Of a stretch of 64,000 nucleotides of DNA, positions 30,167 to 40,918 are shown in pieces; positions within the stretch are counted from its first letter, which is position 1; each line of letters begins with the position of its first letter. Source of the stretch: Longimicrobiales bacterium (GTDB taxonomy: Bacteria; Gemmatimonadota; Gemmatimonadetes; Longimicrobiales; Gaopeijiaceae); contig OZ241869.1 in the NCBI GenBank assembly GCA_965202805.1, positions 2,144,001 through 2,208,000 on the forward strand. The letters run 5' to 3'. The notes under the pieces were generated by a model. It was not told the DNA's origin. It saw nothing but the letters and a program-made list of their open reading frames with translations, and searched no databases. A program made the translations under genes and the position numbers.

Positions 30167-33100
30167 TCACCCGTCGGAAATCAGCGGTGACAGGTTGCTC
30201 GCCAGCAGGCGCCGGTTGAAGTCCGCGATCTCCCCCTCGAACAGCTCGTCCACCTGCGTCCGATACTCCACGACCTCCTGGTTCAGCAGCCGCTGAACCT
30301 CGCCCGCCTGATCCGTCGGGGAGAAGTCCCCGTTCATGATGTTCCCGCCCAGGTAGCGCAGCTCCTCGGCCAGCTTGGGCGCCCAGCGCACCCCGTCCTG
30401 CCCCGTGCCCGTGGTGATCAGGCGCACCAGGTTGTCCTCGACCGCGATGAGGCTCTCATCCAGTTCCGTCGCCGCGGCGAGGATCTCGTCCGCCCCGCCC
30501 CGGTCCTCCAGCACGGCCTCGAGGTCGTAGAGCTGGCGCCGCACCCATTCGATGCGGTTCACCATCGACGTCACCTCCGCGTAGTCGGCCCGGATGTCCG
30601 CGAACATCGCCAGCTGCGCCCGGATGTCGGCCTCGGTCCCGCTGGAATTGGGATCCTTGAGCACGCGCAACTCCTGGGACTGGCCGGGCTGGCCGTCCAC
30701 CTCGAGGGTGACCGTGTATGTGCCCGGTGCCACGAGCATCGACAGCCCCTGCCCGCCGGAGCGCGTGCGGTCGTCCCCCAGGTCCACCCAGTCGGCGTAG
30801 AGCGGCTTGGTGCGGAACACGATCTCCGGTGACGGCTCGTCCCGCAGGTCCCACCAGACCCGGTTGATCCCCGCCTCGCCCGGACCTTCGAGCGAGCGCA
30901 CCGGGTTCCCGGCCGCATCGGCGATGCGGATCGTGGCTCCGCCCGCGCTTCCCTCTCCCAGCCAGTAGTTGATCGACGCGCCGTAGGGCGGGTTGTCCCC
31001 GTCCGACTGGTCGTTGGGCATGGAGCGCGCGGCGGTGATGGCGCGGAAGCGGTAGGCGTCGCGCGGCGCGAACAGGTGTGCGCCCGACGCCGCAACCTCG
31101 GCGCTCAACTGCTGCAGCGGCGTGATGTCGTCCAGGATCCAGAAGCCGCGCCCGTAGGTCCCCACCACGAGGTCGTTGAAGTGCGTTTGCACCTCGATCC
31201 CGTACATCGGCGACACCGGCATGTTGTTCATGAGGGGCTGCCAGTTGTCCCCGTCGTCGAACGAGACGTAGAGGATGTTTTCGGTGCCGAGATAGAGAAG
31301 CCCCGGTCGCACCGGGTCCTCGTGGATGTCGCGCGTGTAGCTGAGCGGGCTGTCCGCAATGCCCTCGACGATCTTGTCAAAGCTCTCGCCGTAGTCGTCG
31401 GTGCGATACACGTGAGGCTCGAAGTTGCCCTGCTGGTGATGCTCGATCGCGAAATAGGCCTTCCCCGTCTCGTAGGCCGAGGCGTGGATGCCGCGCACGA
31501 CGCCGTCCGGCGGCAGGTCGGGGATGTTGTCGGTCACGTTGCTCCAGCTGCCGCCCCCGTCGCGCGTGACGTGCACCAGCCCGTCGTTCGACCCGGCCCA
31601 CATCACGTTGGCGTCGAGCGGCGACTCGGCGAACGCGTAGATCACGCAGCAGAACTCGACCCCGATGTTGTCCGGCGTGAGCCCGCCGGAGATCCCCATG
31701 CGGGACTCGTCGTTGGTGGTCAGGTCGGGGCTGATGATATCCCAGCTCTGGCCGCCGTTGGTGGTCCGGTGCACGTGCTGGCTGGTGACGAAGACGGTGT
31801 TCCGGTCGTGCGACGATACGTGCAGGGGGAAGGTCCACTGGAAGCGGAAGCGCACGCCGCTGGCCGGGTGGCCGCTGGCCAGCTCGGGCCACACCTCGAC
31901 GTCCCGGAACTGGCGGTTGCGGGCGTCCCAGCGAACCACCACGCCGCCCCGGGCGCCGGAGCCCGACGCGCTCGACCACACGATGTTCGCGTCCTCGGGA
32001 TCAGGGGTGGCGAATCCGCTCTCGCCCCCGCCCACGGTCACCCATTCGGACCGCGAAATGGGCCCGCCGATGCCCCCGAAACCCCCGGTGCGGCTGTTGC
32101 TGGGTCCACGGAAGGACGGCCCGTCCTGCCGGTTGCCGAGCACGTTGTACGGAATCGCGTTGTCCACCGTCACGTGGTACATCTGCCCGATGGGCAACTC
32201 GGTGGCGTGCCACGACATGCCCCGGTTCATGGAGACCGAGACGTTCTGGTCGTTCGCGACGATCATGCGGTTCCCGTCCAGAGGATCGATCCACATGTCG
32301 TGGAAGTCGCCGCCGGGCCGCTGCAGACCCTGGTGGTTGACGTAGGTGGCGCCCCCGTCCAGCGAGCGGGACAGCCCCGAGGTCTGGAAGTAGACCTCGT
32401 CGGGGTCGTCCGGGCTGACGAAACAGTTGTTGTAATACGCGGTGCGTCCGCCCAGGTCGCGGGAGTGGTTCATCAGCTCCCACGTCGACCCTCCGTCGCG
32501 CGAACGCCAGAACTCCCCGCTCTCGGTCTCGCGCCCGTGCCAGGGCACACCGTCGCCGGTCTCGATCAGCGCGTAGACCCGGTTGGGATCGGCGGGCGTC
32601 AGGCAGAGGTCGGTCTTGCCCACCGGCAGCACCGGCAGGCCGTTGCCCTCGAGCTTCGTCCAGGTGTTGCCGCCGTCGTCCGAAAGGTAGATGCCGCTGC
32701 CTTCTCCCCCGCTCTCACGTCCCCAGGTGTGCACCTCAACGGTCCACATCCCGGCGAAGAGTCGGCGCGGGTTGGAGGGGTCCATCTCGATGCTCGAAGC
32801 CCCCGTGTTCTCGTCCACGAAGAGAACATGCTCCCAGCTCTCGCCCCCGTCCGTGGTGCGAAATACGCCGCGCGCCTGCTGCGGTCCGTGGGCGTGGCCC
32901 AGCGCTCCGACGTATACGATGTCCGGATCGTGCGGATGGACGACGATGCGCGACATGCGCGTCGGCCCTCCCTCGCCCAGCCCCATGTGGCGCCAGGTCC
33001 TGCCCGCGTCGGTGGACTTGTAGACGCCGGTACCGAGCGAGACGTTCGAGCGAATGTGTGGTTCGCCGGTGCCCGCCCACACGATCGACGGATCCGACGG

Positions 33101-33400
33101 GGCCACGGCGAGCGCCCCGACCGAGTGATCCGTCTGGTCATCGAAGACGGGCTCCCAGTGCTCTCCGGCGTCGTTGGTCTTCCAGATGCCACCCGAGGCG
33201 GCGCCCGCGTAGTAGGTCAGGGGATCCCCGGCAACCCCGGCCACCGCCGCGAGTCGGTTGCCCACCGGCCCGATGTGCCGGTACCGGAGCTGCTGGTAGG
33301 CTTCGGGGGCGATCTCCTGCGCTCCGCCTGCGCTCGCGAGGCCGAGCATGGCCGCCACCAGGAAGAGTGAGCTCCGCGTCATGCCGGGGAACGTGTTCAT
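30167..33400 (-). CDS. Secreted VPS10/sortilin-like BNR-repeat (GH74-like) hydrolase
   Basis: GAGGAG RBS; signal peptide; YRHIGP; many [ST]-x-D-[GA]-G-x-[TS]-W Asp-boxes; DLVVGTYGRGFWILDD; C-terminal helical tail. Confidence 0.87.
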   Translation of the reverse strand: MNTFPGMTRSSLFLVAAMLGLASAGGAQEIAPEAYQQLRYRHIGPVGNRLAAVAGVAGDPLTYYAGAASGGIWKTNDAGEHWEPVFDDQTDHSVGALAVAPSDPSIVWAGTGEPHIRSNVSLGTGVYKSTDAGRTWRHMGLGEGGPTRMSRIVVHPHDPDIVYVGALGHAHGPQQARGVFRTTDGGESWEHVLFVDENTGASSIEMDPSNPRRLFAGMWTVEVHTWGRESGGEGSGIYLSDDGGNTWTKLEGNGLPVLPVGKTDLCLTPADPNRVYALIETGDGVPWHGRETESGEFWRSRDGGSTWELMNHSRDLGGRTAYYNNCFVSPDDPDEVYFQTSGLSRSLDGGATYVNHQGLQRPGGDFHDMWIDPLDGNRMIVANDQNVSVSMNRGMSWHATELPIGQMYHVTVDNAIPYNVLGNRQDGPSFRGPSNSRTGGFGGIGGPISRSEWVTVGGGESGFATPDPEDANIVWSSASGSGARGGVVVRWDARNRQFRDVEVWPELASGHPASGVRFRFQWTFPLHVSSHDRNTVFVTSQHVHRTTNGGQSWDIISPDLTTNDESRMGISGGLTPDNIGVEFCCVIYAFAESPLDANVMWAGSNDGLVHVTRDGGGSWSNVTDNIPDLPPDGVVRGIHASAYETGKAYFAIEHHQQGNFEPHVYRTDDYGESFDKIVEGIADSPLSYTRDIHEDPVRPGLLYLGTENILYVSFDDGDNWQPLMNNMPVSPMYGIEVQTHFNDLVVGTYGRGFWILDDITPLQQLSAEVAASGAHLFAPRDAYRFRAITAARSMPNDQSDGDNPPYGASINYWLGEGSAGGATIRIADAAGNPVRSLEGPGEAGINRVWWDLRDEPSPEIVFRTKPLYADWVDLGDDRTRSGGQGLSMLVAPGTYTVTLEVDGQPGQSQELRVLKDPNSSGTEADIRAQLAMFADIRADYAEVTSMVNRIEWVRRQLYDLEAVLEDRGGADEILAAATELDESLIAVEDNLVRLITTGTGQDGVRWAPKLAEELRYLGGNIMNGDFSPTDQAGEVQRLLNQEVVEYRTQVDELFEGEIADFNRRLLASNLSPLISDG

Positions 33401-33824
33401 CGTCATCTCCTCGATTCCGGAGGGAGCCGATTCCCGCGGACCGGGGAACCACTGCGGGAGGCCCACCTCGCCAGTGCCGGGAAGCCTCGTCAGGTTGTCC
33501 CTCAACGAGGCTCCGATCCGCACCATAGAGCCCGCGCCTTTCGCCTCGCAAGCGAGCCTGACCGAAGCTCGCCACGCACCGCGAACCGCGCTTGCGACGA
33601 CCACCCGTCCGGGTTAGTCTGAAGGACTGGTGGAAGTGTCTCCGGGGCTCACGGAAACCGAGGCTGAGGTCAACGTTTTCCGGGGGCTGGGGGTCATGTA
33701 ATGATGCGGGAGGGGTCCGGTGCGTCACGCTGAGGTGCTCGGCGCCGCCCCGGATGCCTGACTCGCGAAGGCTGTCTCGGGCGTTCACAGTTTCGTTCGC
33801 AGGACAAGGACGGGAGCAAGGGAT

Positions 33825-36266
33825 ATGAAGATCCTCAACCCTGGCGCTGTACTGGTCGGTGGCCTCCTTCTGACGGGAGCCGGAATCGGCACGAGTTCCG
33901 GCCCCACGGCACCCACCGGGGAAGCGGTTCCACTGCCGGACGCTGTGCACGCTTCCTCCGTACCCACGGAGGAACTGACCACCGTCGTGCGCACGTACTG
34001 CCAGGTTTGCCACAACGACGCGCTGCTGACCGGCAACGTCTCGTTTGCCGAATTCACCGTCGAGGGCGCTTCCGACAACGCCCAACTCGCGGAACGCATG
34101 ATCCGCAAGCTGCGGGCAGGCATGATGCCGCCTCCGGGCATGCCGAGGCCGGAACCCGAGGTCCTGCTTTCACTTGTCGAGACGCTGGAAGAGAACGTCG
34201 ATGAGGCATACCGGCGGCATCCCAATCCCGGTGTCCGGACCTTCCAGAGGCTGAACCGGGCCGAGTATTCGGCGGCCATCCGCGAACTGCTCGGCATCGA
34301 GGTCGACGCGGGCGTGTGGCTTCCGCTGGACCAGATGAGCGAGAACTTCGACAACATCGCCGACGTCCAGGCGCTCACCCCGACCCATCTCGACGCCTAC
34401 CTGAACGCCGCGAGCGAAGTGAGTCGCCTGGCGGTCGGAAGCCCGAACGTCGATCCCACCGACGCCACCTACAACACCTCCCCGTACGGCTCCCAGCACG
34501 CCTGGGAGTACGTCGAGGGCGCGCCCTACGGCACCCGCGGCGGGATCGTGGTGACCCACGACTTCCCGGCGGACGGCGAGTACATCCTCACCCCGGTGGT
34601 CGAGGGCGGACGCAGCGCCCGCTACGAGGACGTGGACATTTCCATCGACGGCGAGCCCATCGCCCTGCTGGCGGCCGGTCCCTTCCCGCGCGGAGGCGCC
34701 GACTTCCGCGGCGGTTCGCCCATCAAGACCAACCCGACCTTCATCCGCGCCGGACAGCGCACGGTGTCGGCCGCGTTCGTGCGGCGAATCGACGGGCCCT
34801 ACGACGACCTCATCAAGCCGCCGGAGTGGTCCCTGGCGGGCGGAGCCGGCGGGAGCCCGGGACAGACCACCCTGCCGCACCTGAAGAGCCTCATCATCAG
34901 CGGCCCGTACAACGTCACCAGCGTTTCCGAGACGGAGGCGCGCCGGCGCATCTTCACCTGCCGGCCCACCACCCCCGAGGGAGAGCGGCCCTGCGCCGAG
35001 CAGATCCTCGACCAGATCGGAAGCGCCGCCTACAGGCGTCCGCTGGACGAGCGCGACATGGCCGGGCTGATGGCGTTCTACGACGATGGCGCCGGTGACT
35101 CGGGCTTCGAGACGGGGGTGCGTCGGGCGCTCCAGGCCATCCTCGCGAGCCCCCACTTCATCTTCCGCATCGAGAGGCAGCCGGAAGACATCAAGGCGGG
35201 CGAGCGCTACGAAATCAGCGACCTGGCGCTGGCGACCCGCATGGCCGCGTTCCTCTGGGGCACCCAGCCCGACGCCGAGCTGATCGACCTCGCCGAGCGC
35301 GGAAGGCTCCAGAACGACAGGGAACTGGAGAGACAGACCCGGCGGATGCTGGCCGATCCCAAGGCCGAGGCGCTCGGACCGCGCTTTGCGGCCCAGTGGT
35401 TCCGGCTGCAGGACCTCGACAAGGTGCACCCGGACTCCTACTGGTTCCCGAACTACAGCCAGCAGCTGGCCGACGCCATGCGCACCGAGACGGAGATGTT
35501 CTTCAACAGCCTCGTGCGCGACGACCGCAGCGTTCTGGACCTCTATACCGCCGATTACACCTACGTGAACGAACGGCTGGCCAGGCACTACGGCATTCCG
35601 GGCGTGCTGGGCGACGAGTTCCGACGTGTGGAGTACCCCGACAGCCGTCGCGGCGGCGTCATGGGACAGGGATCCATCCTGGTCCTCACCTCGATGGGCA
35701 CGCGTACCTCTCCGGTACTGCGCGGCAAGTGGGTGATGGAGGTGCTGCTGGGCACGCCTCCGCCACCGCCTCCGCCCGATGTCCCGGCGCTCGAGGAGAC
35801 CGAGGGTGCCACGGACGGACGCTTCCTGACCACGCGGGAGCGCATGGAGATCCACCGGGCCAACCCCACCTGCCACGCCTGCCATCAGTTCATGGACCCG
35901 ATCGGGCTCGCGCTCGACAACTTCGACGTGACCGGAAAGTGGCGCATCCGTGAGAACAACATGGCGCTCGACACCCGCGGCAACCTTTACGACGGCACGC
36001 CGTTGACGGCGCCCGAAGACCTCAGGGACGCGCTCATGCAGCGGCCCATCCCGCTGGTGCGGACATTCACCACCAACCTTCTGGCGTATGCCCTCGGTCG
36101 GCGCGTAGAATACCACGATCAACCCACTGTGCGGATGATCGCGCGGGAGGGTGAAGAGGATGACTACCGCATTTCGTCCTTCATCATCAACGTGGTCAAG
36201 AGCGACCCGTTCCGGATGAGGATGGCGGACGTGGTGGCCGAAGAAGAGATGGAGACCGAACGATAA
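33825..36266 (+). CDS. Cassette 3 gene A: secreted di-CxxCH DUF1592-type protein
   Basis: Signal peptide; YCQVCHND; QRLNRAEY; RTSPVLRGKWV; CHACH. Confidence 0.9.
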   Translation: MKILNPGAVLVGGLLLTGAGIGTSSGPTAPTGEAVPLPDAVHASSVPTEELTTVVRTYCQVCHNDALLTGNVSFAEFTVEGASDNAQLAERMIRKLRAGMMPPPGMPRPEPEVLLSLVETLEENVDEAYRRHPNPGVRTFQRLNRAEYSAAIRELLGIEVDAGVWLPLDQMSENFDNIADVQALTPTHLDAYLNAASEVSRLAVGSPNVDPTDATYNTSPYGSQHAWEYVEGAPYGTRGGIVVTHDFPADGEYILTPVVEGGRSARYEDVDISIDGEPIALLAAGPFPRGGADFRGGSPIKTNPTFIRAGQRTVSAAFVRRIDGPYDDLIKPPEWSLAGGAGGSPGQTTLPHLKSLIISGPYNVTSVSETEARRRIFTCRPTTPEGERPCAEQILDQIGSAAYRRPLDERDMAGLMAFYDDGAGDSGFETGVRRALQAILASPHFIFRIERQPEDIKAGERYEISDLALATRMAAFLWGTQPDAELIDLAERGRLQNDRELERQTRRMLADPKAEALGPRFAAQWFRLQDLDKVHPDSYWFPNYSQQLADAMRTETEMFFNSLVRDDRSVLDLYTADYTYVNERLARHYGIPGVLGDEFRRVEYPDSRRGGVMGQGSILVLTSMGTRTSPVLRGKWVMEVLLGTPPPPPPPDVPALEETEGATDGRFLTTRERMEIHRANPTCHACHQFMDPIGLALDNFDVTGKWRIRENNMALDTRGNLYDGTPLTAPEDLRDALMQRPIPLVRTFTTNLLAYALGRRVEYHDQPTVRMIAREGEEDDYRISSFIINVVKSDPFRMRMADVVAEEEMETER

Positions 36267-36335
36267 CAGGCGCTTTCCCCTGGGTCAGCGCATGATGGAA
36301 ACCGGGTTGTAACTCCCTGCTTCAGGAGATCTGAA

Positions 36336-37766
36336 ATGCAATTCATCACCGGCAAGCACATCGCCCGTCGCACCTTCCTGCGGGGGATGGGCGCAACAGT
36401 AGCGCTTCCACTGCTCGATTCGATGCTGCCCGCGGCGAGTCCGTGGGCGAGCCGGAAGCTCGCGGAAGGGAAGACGCGTCTTCTCGCGATCGAGGTCGTG
36501 CATGGCGCTGCCGGAAGCGTCGACTGGGGCGCGAAGCAGTTCCTGTGGGCTCCCGAGAAGATCGGACGCGACTTCGAGTTCGTGGCCCAGAGCGCGCTTA
36601 CGCCGCTCGAGGACTGGCGGAAGTACCTCACGATCGTGAGCAACACCGACGTTCGCATGGCGGAGGCCTTTACCGGGCCCGAGATCGGCGGTGACCACTT
36701 CCGCTCCAGCGCCACCTTCCTCACCCAGCAGCACCCGAAGCAGACCCAGAGTTCCGATCTCTACGTCGGCACCTCGCTCGACCAGATGTTCGCGGGCCGC
36801 TTCGGGCAGGACACTCCGCTGCCGTCCATGCAGCTGTGCATCGAGGATCTCGATCAGGCCGGCGGGTGCACGTACAACTACTCGTGCGCCTACACCGACT
36901 CGATCAGCTGGGCCGCGCCCAACGAGCCGCTGCCGATGATCCGCGATCCGCGCACCGCCTTCGACCTGCTCTTCGGTGCCGGCGGCACCCCGGAAGAGCG
37001 CCAGGCGCGCCGGCGTGAGAACGCGAGCATCCTCGACTGGATCGTGGGTGAGGTGGCTCACCTGAGGCGCGAGCTGGGCGCCACCGACCGCCGCCGCATG
37101 GACCAGTACCTGGACAACGTGCGCGAGATCGAGCGCCGCATTCAGATGGTCGAGGCGCAGAACTCGAGCGGCGAGCAGCGCGAGCTGCCCGAGGCGCCTG
37201 CGGGCGTGCCGGATTCCTTCACCGAGCACATGCAGATGATGTTCGACCTGCAGGTGCTGGCGCTGCAGTCCGACATGACACGCGTCTTCTCCTTCAAGAC
37301 CGGGCGCGACGCGTCGAACCGGATCTATCCGGAGAGCGGCACCGACAAGCCGTTCCACCCGACTTCGCACCACGGCAACAACGAGGAGACCATCCTCGAC
37401 TTCAACACCATCAACAAGTTCTACGTGGGCCTGCTGCCGTACCTGCTCGAGAAGCTGCACAACAGCCAGGACGGCGAATCGAGCCTGCTCGACCAGACCA
37501 TGATCATCTACGGGTCGCCCATGGGAGACCCGAACATCCACAACCACCGCCGGTGCCCGCTGTTGCTGCTGGGTGGCGCCAATGGCCAGCTCGCAGGCGA
37601 CATGCACCTGAAGGCGCCGGACGGTACCCCGATGGCCAACGTCTTCCTGAACGTGATGCACAAGCTCGGTTTCGACGGCATGTCCAGCTTCGGCGACAGC
37701 ACGGGCGAGTTCAACGTGCCGAGTTCGGTGTTGACCGCGGTCGAAGAGGCAAGTCAGTCACGCTAA
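36336..37766 (+). CDS. Cassette 3 gene B: DUF1552 (HXXSHH) protein
   Basis: AGGAG RBS; ARRTFLRG; GGCTYNYSC; HPTSHH; NIHNHRRCP. Confidence 0.9.
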   Translation: MQFITGKHIARRTFLRGMGATVALPLLDSMLPAASPWASRKLAEGKTRLLAIEVVHGAAGSVDWGAKQFLWAPEKIGRDFEFVAQSALTPLEDWRKYLTIVSNTDVRMAEAFTGPEIGGDHFRSSATFLTQQHPKQTQSSDLYVGTSLDQMFAGRFGQDTPLPSMQLCIEDLDQAGGCTYNYSCAYTDSISWAAPNEPLPMIRDPRTAFDLLFGAGGTPEERQARRRENASILDWIVGEVAHLRRELGATDRRRMDQYLDNVREIERRIQMVEAQNSSGEQRELPEAPAGVPDSFTEHMQMMFDLQVLALQSDMTRVFSFKTGRDASNRIYPESGTDKPFHPTSHHGNNEETILDFNTINKFYVGLLPYLLEKLHNSQDGESSLLDQTMIIYGSPMGDPNIHNHRRCPLLLLGGANGQLAGDMHLKAPDGTPMANVFLNVMHKLGFDGMSSFGDSTGEFNVPSSVLTAVEEASQSR

Positions 37767-37782
37767 GCCGGGGACGGTCAGC

Positions 37783-39573
37783 ATGAAGAAGAGATTGCAC
37801 GTACACGCGCTGGCGGCGCTCGCCGTCAGCATGCTGCTCACGTCGGCCGCCGCGCCCGACTCGCCCCTGGCGGACGCCGCCATGAAGGGCGACGCCGCGT
37901 CGGTGCGGACCCTGCTGGCGACCGGGGCGGATGTGAATGCCGCGCGCGGGGACGGCATGACCGCCCTGCACTGGGCAGCCGAAACCGGCAACGCCGAGAT
38001 CGCCGAGATCCTGGTCAACGCGGGGGCGATCCTCGAGGTAACCACCCGTCTGGGTGCCTACACGCCGCTCCACGTGGCAGGCAGGAAGGGCGCCGCGGAG
38101 GTCATTCGCGTGCTGTTGGATGCCGGTGCTGACCCGGGCACGGTGGCAGCCACCGGCTCCACGCCTCTGCACCTCGTGGCGGGTGCGGGTAGTGCTGCCG
38201 GCGCGAAACATCTGCTCGACGCCGGCGCCGACATCGACGCGCGCGCGGGCGATGCCCGGCAGACGCCCCTCATGTTTGCGGCAGCCGCTGACCGCGCGGA
38301 CGTCGTGACGCTCCTCATGGAGGCAGGCGCGGACCCGAACATCACGACCACGCTTATGGAGGCGGCGACGAGGTCGGCGGTGGACAACTACGCGGGCGAG
38401 CGCATGCAGGAGGTGCTCGACGCCTTCAAGGGGGACGGAAACGAACTGCCGACTCCCGCCCAGATCCAGGCCGCCCTGGAGGTTGCGCGGGCCGTGCAGC
38501 GCGCCGGCGTGGTGCCGGAGAAGGACGAAGATGAGGAGGATGACCCCAGGGCCTTCTTCCGCCAGCCACCCGACGAGAAGTGGGGGAGCCTGACCGCGCT
38601 GCACCACGCAGCCCGTGAGGGTGCCATCGACGCGGCGACTGCGTTGCTGGACGGTGGCGCCGACATCGACTTCGTTACCGAGTCCGACAACACCAGCCCG
38701 CTCACGATGGCTGTCATCAACGGTCGCTTCGACCTGGCCATGAAGCTGCTGGAACGGGGGGCCGATCCCAATCTGGCCACGGTCGACGGCGTAGCGCCGC
38801 TCTACGCCACCTTCAACGTCCAGTGGTCGCCGCGGTCACGCTACCCGCAGCCGCGCGCCCACGAGCAGCAGGAAACGGTCTATCTCGACTTGGCAATGGC
38901 GCTGCTCGATGCCGGTGCGGAAGTGAACTTCCAGGTCACGAAGAACTTCTGGTACTTCACCTACAGCGGTTGCGGCAACGGCAACTGCGGGCTTGAGAAC
39001 CAGGACGGCGTGACACCCTTCTGGCGTGCCTCCCGGGCTCTCGACATCGATGGCATGAAGCTGCTGCGCTCATGGGGCGCGGACTGGAACATCGCCACCG
39101 CCAAGCAGCCCGAGCGCCGCCGGGGCCGCAACCCGCGCACGGGCGACACCGAAGATGAGGAACAGGTCGATCCTTCAGGACTGCCGCCGGTTCCGGTCGG
39201 CGGACCCGCGGTGTTCCCCATCCACGCAGCGTCGGGCGTCGGCTACGGCGAAGGCTTCGCCGGCAACGCCCACACCCACATCCCGGGCAACTGGATCGCG
39301 GCGGTCGAGTACCTGCTCGAGCTGGGGGCCGACATCAACCAGCGTGACGCCAACGGATACACCCCGCTGCACCACGCGGCCGCGCGCGGGGACACCGAGA
39401 TGATCCAGTGGCTGGTGGACCATGGCGCCGACGTCATGGTGGTGAGCCGCAAGGGGCAGACCACGGTCGACATGGCCAACGGTCCGGTCTCCCGCGTAAC
39501 TCCGTATCCGGAGGCGATCGCCCTGCTGGAGAGCATGGGCGCGATCAACAACCACAACTGCATCTCCTGCTAG
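37783..39573 (+). CDS. Cassette 3 gene C: secreted ankyrin-repeat protein with terminal CxxC
   Basis: Signal peptide, DSPLADAAMKGD, ankyrin repeats, ends NNHNCISC (TAG stop). Confidence 0.9.
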   Translation: MKKRLHVHALAALAVSMLLTSAAAPDSPLADAAMKGDAASVRTLLATGADVNAARGDGMTALHWAAETGNAEIAEILVNAGAILEVTTRLGAYTPLHVAGRKGAAEVIRVLLDAGADPGTVAATGSTPLHLVAGAGSAAGAKHLLDAGADIDARAGDARQTPLMFAAAADRADVVTLLMEAGADPNITTTLMEAATRSAVDNYAGERMQEVLDAFKGDGNELPTPAQIQAALEVARAVQRAGVVPEKDEDEEDDPRAFFRQPPDEKWGSLTALHHAAREGAIDAATALLDGGADIDFVTESDNTSPLTMAVINGRFDLAMKLLERGADPNLATVDGVAPLYATFNVQWSPRSRYPQPRAHEQQETVYLDLAMALLDAGAEVNFQVTKNFWYFTYSGCGNGNCGLENQDGVTPFWRASRALDIDGMKLLRSWGADWNIATAKQPERRRGRNPRTGDTEDEEQVDPSGLPPVPVGGPAVFPIHAASGVGYGEGFAGNAHTHIPGNWIAAVEYLLELGADINQRDANGYTPLHHAAARGDTEMIQWLVDHGADVMVVSRKGQTTVDMANGPVSRVTPYPEAIALLESMGAINNHNCISC

Positions 39574-39617
39574 GAGACGCGTAGAAGCGATCTGCGCGTC
39601 CCTGGGGGCGGCGCAGC

Positions 39618-39654
39618 GAAAACGCCCGCGGCCATTTCGGTCGCGGGCGTTTTC
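39618..39654. terminator. Bidirectional rho-independent terminator
   Basis: GAAAACGCCCGCGGCC / GGTCGCGGGCGTTTTC inverted repeat with A and T tracts, between convergent genes. Confidence 0.8.
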
Positions 39655-39725
39655 ACGTCCGTGATGTGTGCGCCTGCTGAAAGGGTGGGTCCGCCTGCGG
39701 AAGATCGTCTGCGGGCAACCCGCCC

Positions 39726-40277
39726 CTAGCCTCCCCCGCCCCTCATGGTCGTAACTTCGATCAGCCCGTTAGGGAAGCCCGTTCCCCAGCGCATGGTGGC
39801 GTCGGCGGCGCTGTGGAAGCGAACCGACTGGACCTGGTCGGGGCGCAGGGAGTCCAGGATCCCCCAGTCCTGCGGAGCTCCGCCATCCACGACGACGGGC
39901 ACCCGCCGGTCACCCCCGAACTCGATGCTGGGCGCGCCGCGCACGTTCATCCAGCGGGGCCGCAACTGACGGATGGCGTCGGCGAGCATCATGGTGGAGT
40001 AGTTTGCGAACTCCTCGGCCACGATCACGCTCGGGTCGCGCCGGACGTTGCGGTCGCACAAGTGGTCGAGTTCCTCCGCCGACAGCACGCCGGCCTCCTC
40101 CGCGCCCGGTGCGTCGGCCGCCGGGCCGCCTTCCGCGCACACCTGGGCCAACTGATCGCCGGTGAGGGTTGCCCGCAGCTCCCGCACGGCGGGAGTGTCG
40201 CCCGGGCTGCTGACACACGCTGAAGCGAGGAGGATGAGGGGGAGCCCCGCTACGGGTTTCGGGGAGGTGAGTCGCAT
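39726..40277 (-). CDS. Lipoprotein with stand-alone TonB plug-like domain
   Basis: GGAGG RBS; lipobox ASAC; DAIRQLRPRW...VVVDG...LRPDQVQSVRFHSAADATMRWGTGFPNGLIEVTT. Confidence 0.72.
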   Translation of the reverse strand: MRLTSPKPVAGLPLILLASACVSSPGDTPAVRELRATLTGDQLAQVCAEGGPAADAPGAEEAGVLSAEELDHLCDRNVRRDPSVIVAEEFANYSTMMLADAIRQLRPRWMNVRGAPSIEFGGDRRVPVVVDGGAPQDWGILDSLRPDQVQSVRFHSAADATMRWGTGFPNGLIEVTTMRGGGG

Positions 40278-40447
40278 GGTCCTGCCTCCATCAAGGGTTC
40301 GGGTACACGGGTCCATCATCCGCGAGATGCGCTGGGGAGACCAAGCCCCGTGGCCGCCAGGGCGGGCGTGCCGGTCTCCCGTACTACTGTTGCGTCGCGG
40401 TCAGAGGTCCGCGCGCACCCGACCCTCGAGCCGACGGCCAGAGGCCG

Positions 40448-40918
40448 CTACCCCGTGGCGCGCGCTCTGAATGGCCGATGGCATCCGCCGCAGGTACGCC
40501 CGAAGCCCCTGGCTGCTTCCCCCACGGCCGCCACGTCGCCCCCCCGGGCCGCTTCAGCCAGCGCGTCGGCAGCGCTCTGGAAAGCCGAGAGAGCCTCTCC
40601 GAAGCCGGTGGCGTCCTCCCAGATGTCGGGAAGCGCGCGTGAGCCGTCGCCATGGGATCCCTCGGGGAAGATGTCGGAGGCCATCACCGACAACTGCTGC
40701 AGCGAGAGCGCGTGCCCGAGCACATGGCCCTCGTGGGGCACGTCCTCGTTCAGGATGGCGGTGAGAGCGCCCCGGTGCGCGTTGAGGCTGTTCATGATGG
40801 TCTGGCGGTACTCCATGACCGGGGTTGGGTCCTGGGCAGCCGCTTCGGCGGGGGCGAGTCCGGCGATGATGCAAGCGGCGAGAGCGGTGCGGGTTACGAC
40901 TGCGTACGAGCGGGCCAC
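40448..40918 (-). CDS. Cytochrome c'/c556 (class II four-helix cytochrome c)
   Basis: GGAGGAGG RBS before GTG; signal peptide; YRQTIM; FPEGS; SRALPDIW; C-terminal CGGCH. Confidence 0.9.
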   Translation of the reverse strand: MARSYAVVTRTALAACIIAGLAPAEAAAQDPTPVMEYRQTIMNSLNAHRGALTAILNEDVPHEGHVLGHALSLQQLSVMASDIFPEGSHGDGSRALPDIWEDATGFGEALSAFQSAADALAEAARGGDVAAVGEAARGFGRTCGGCHRPFRARATG

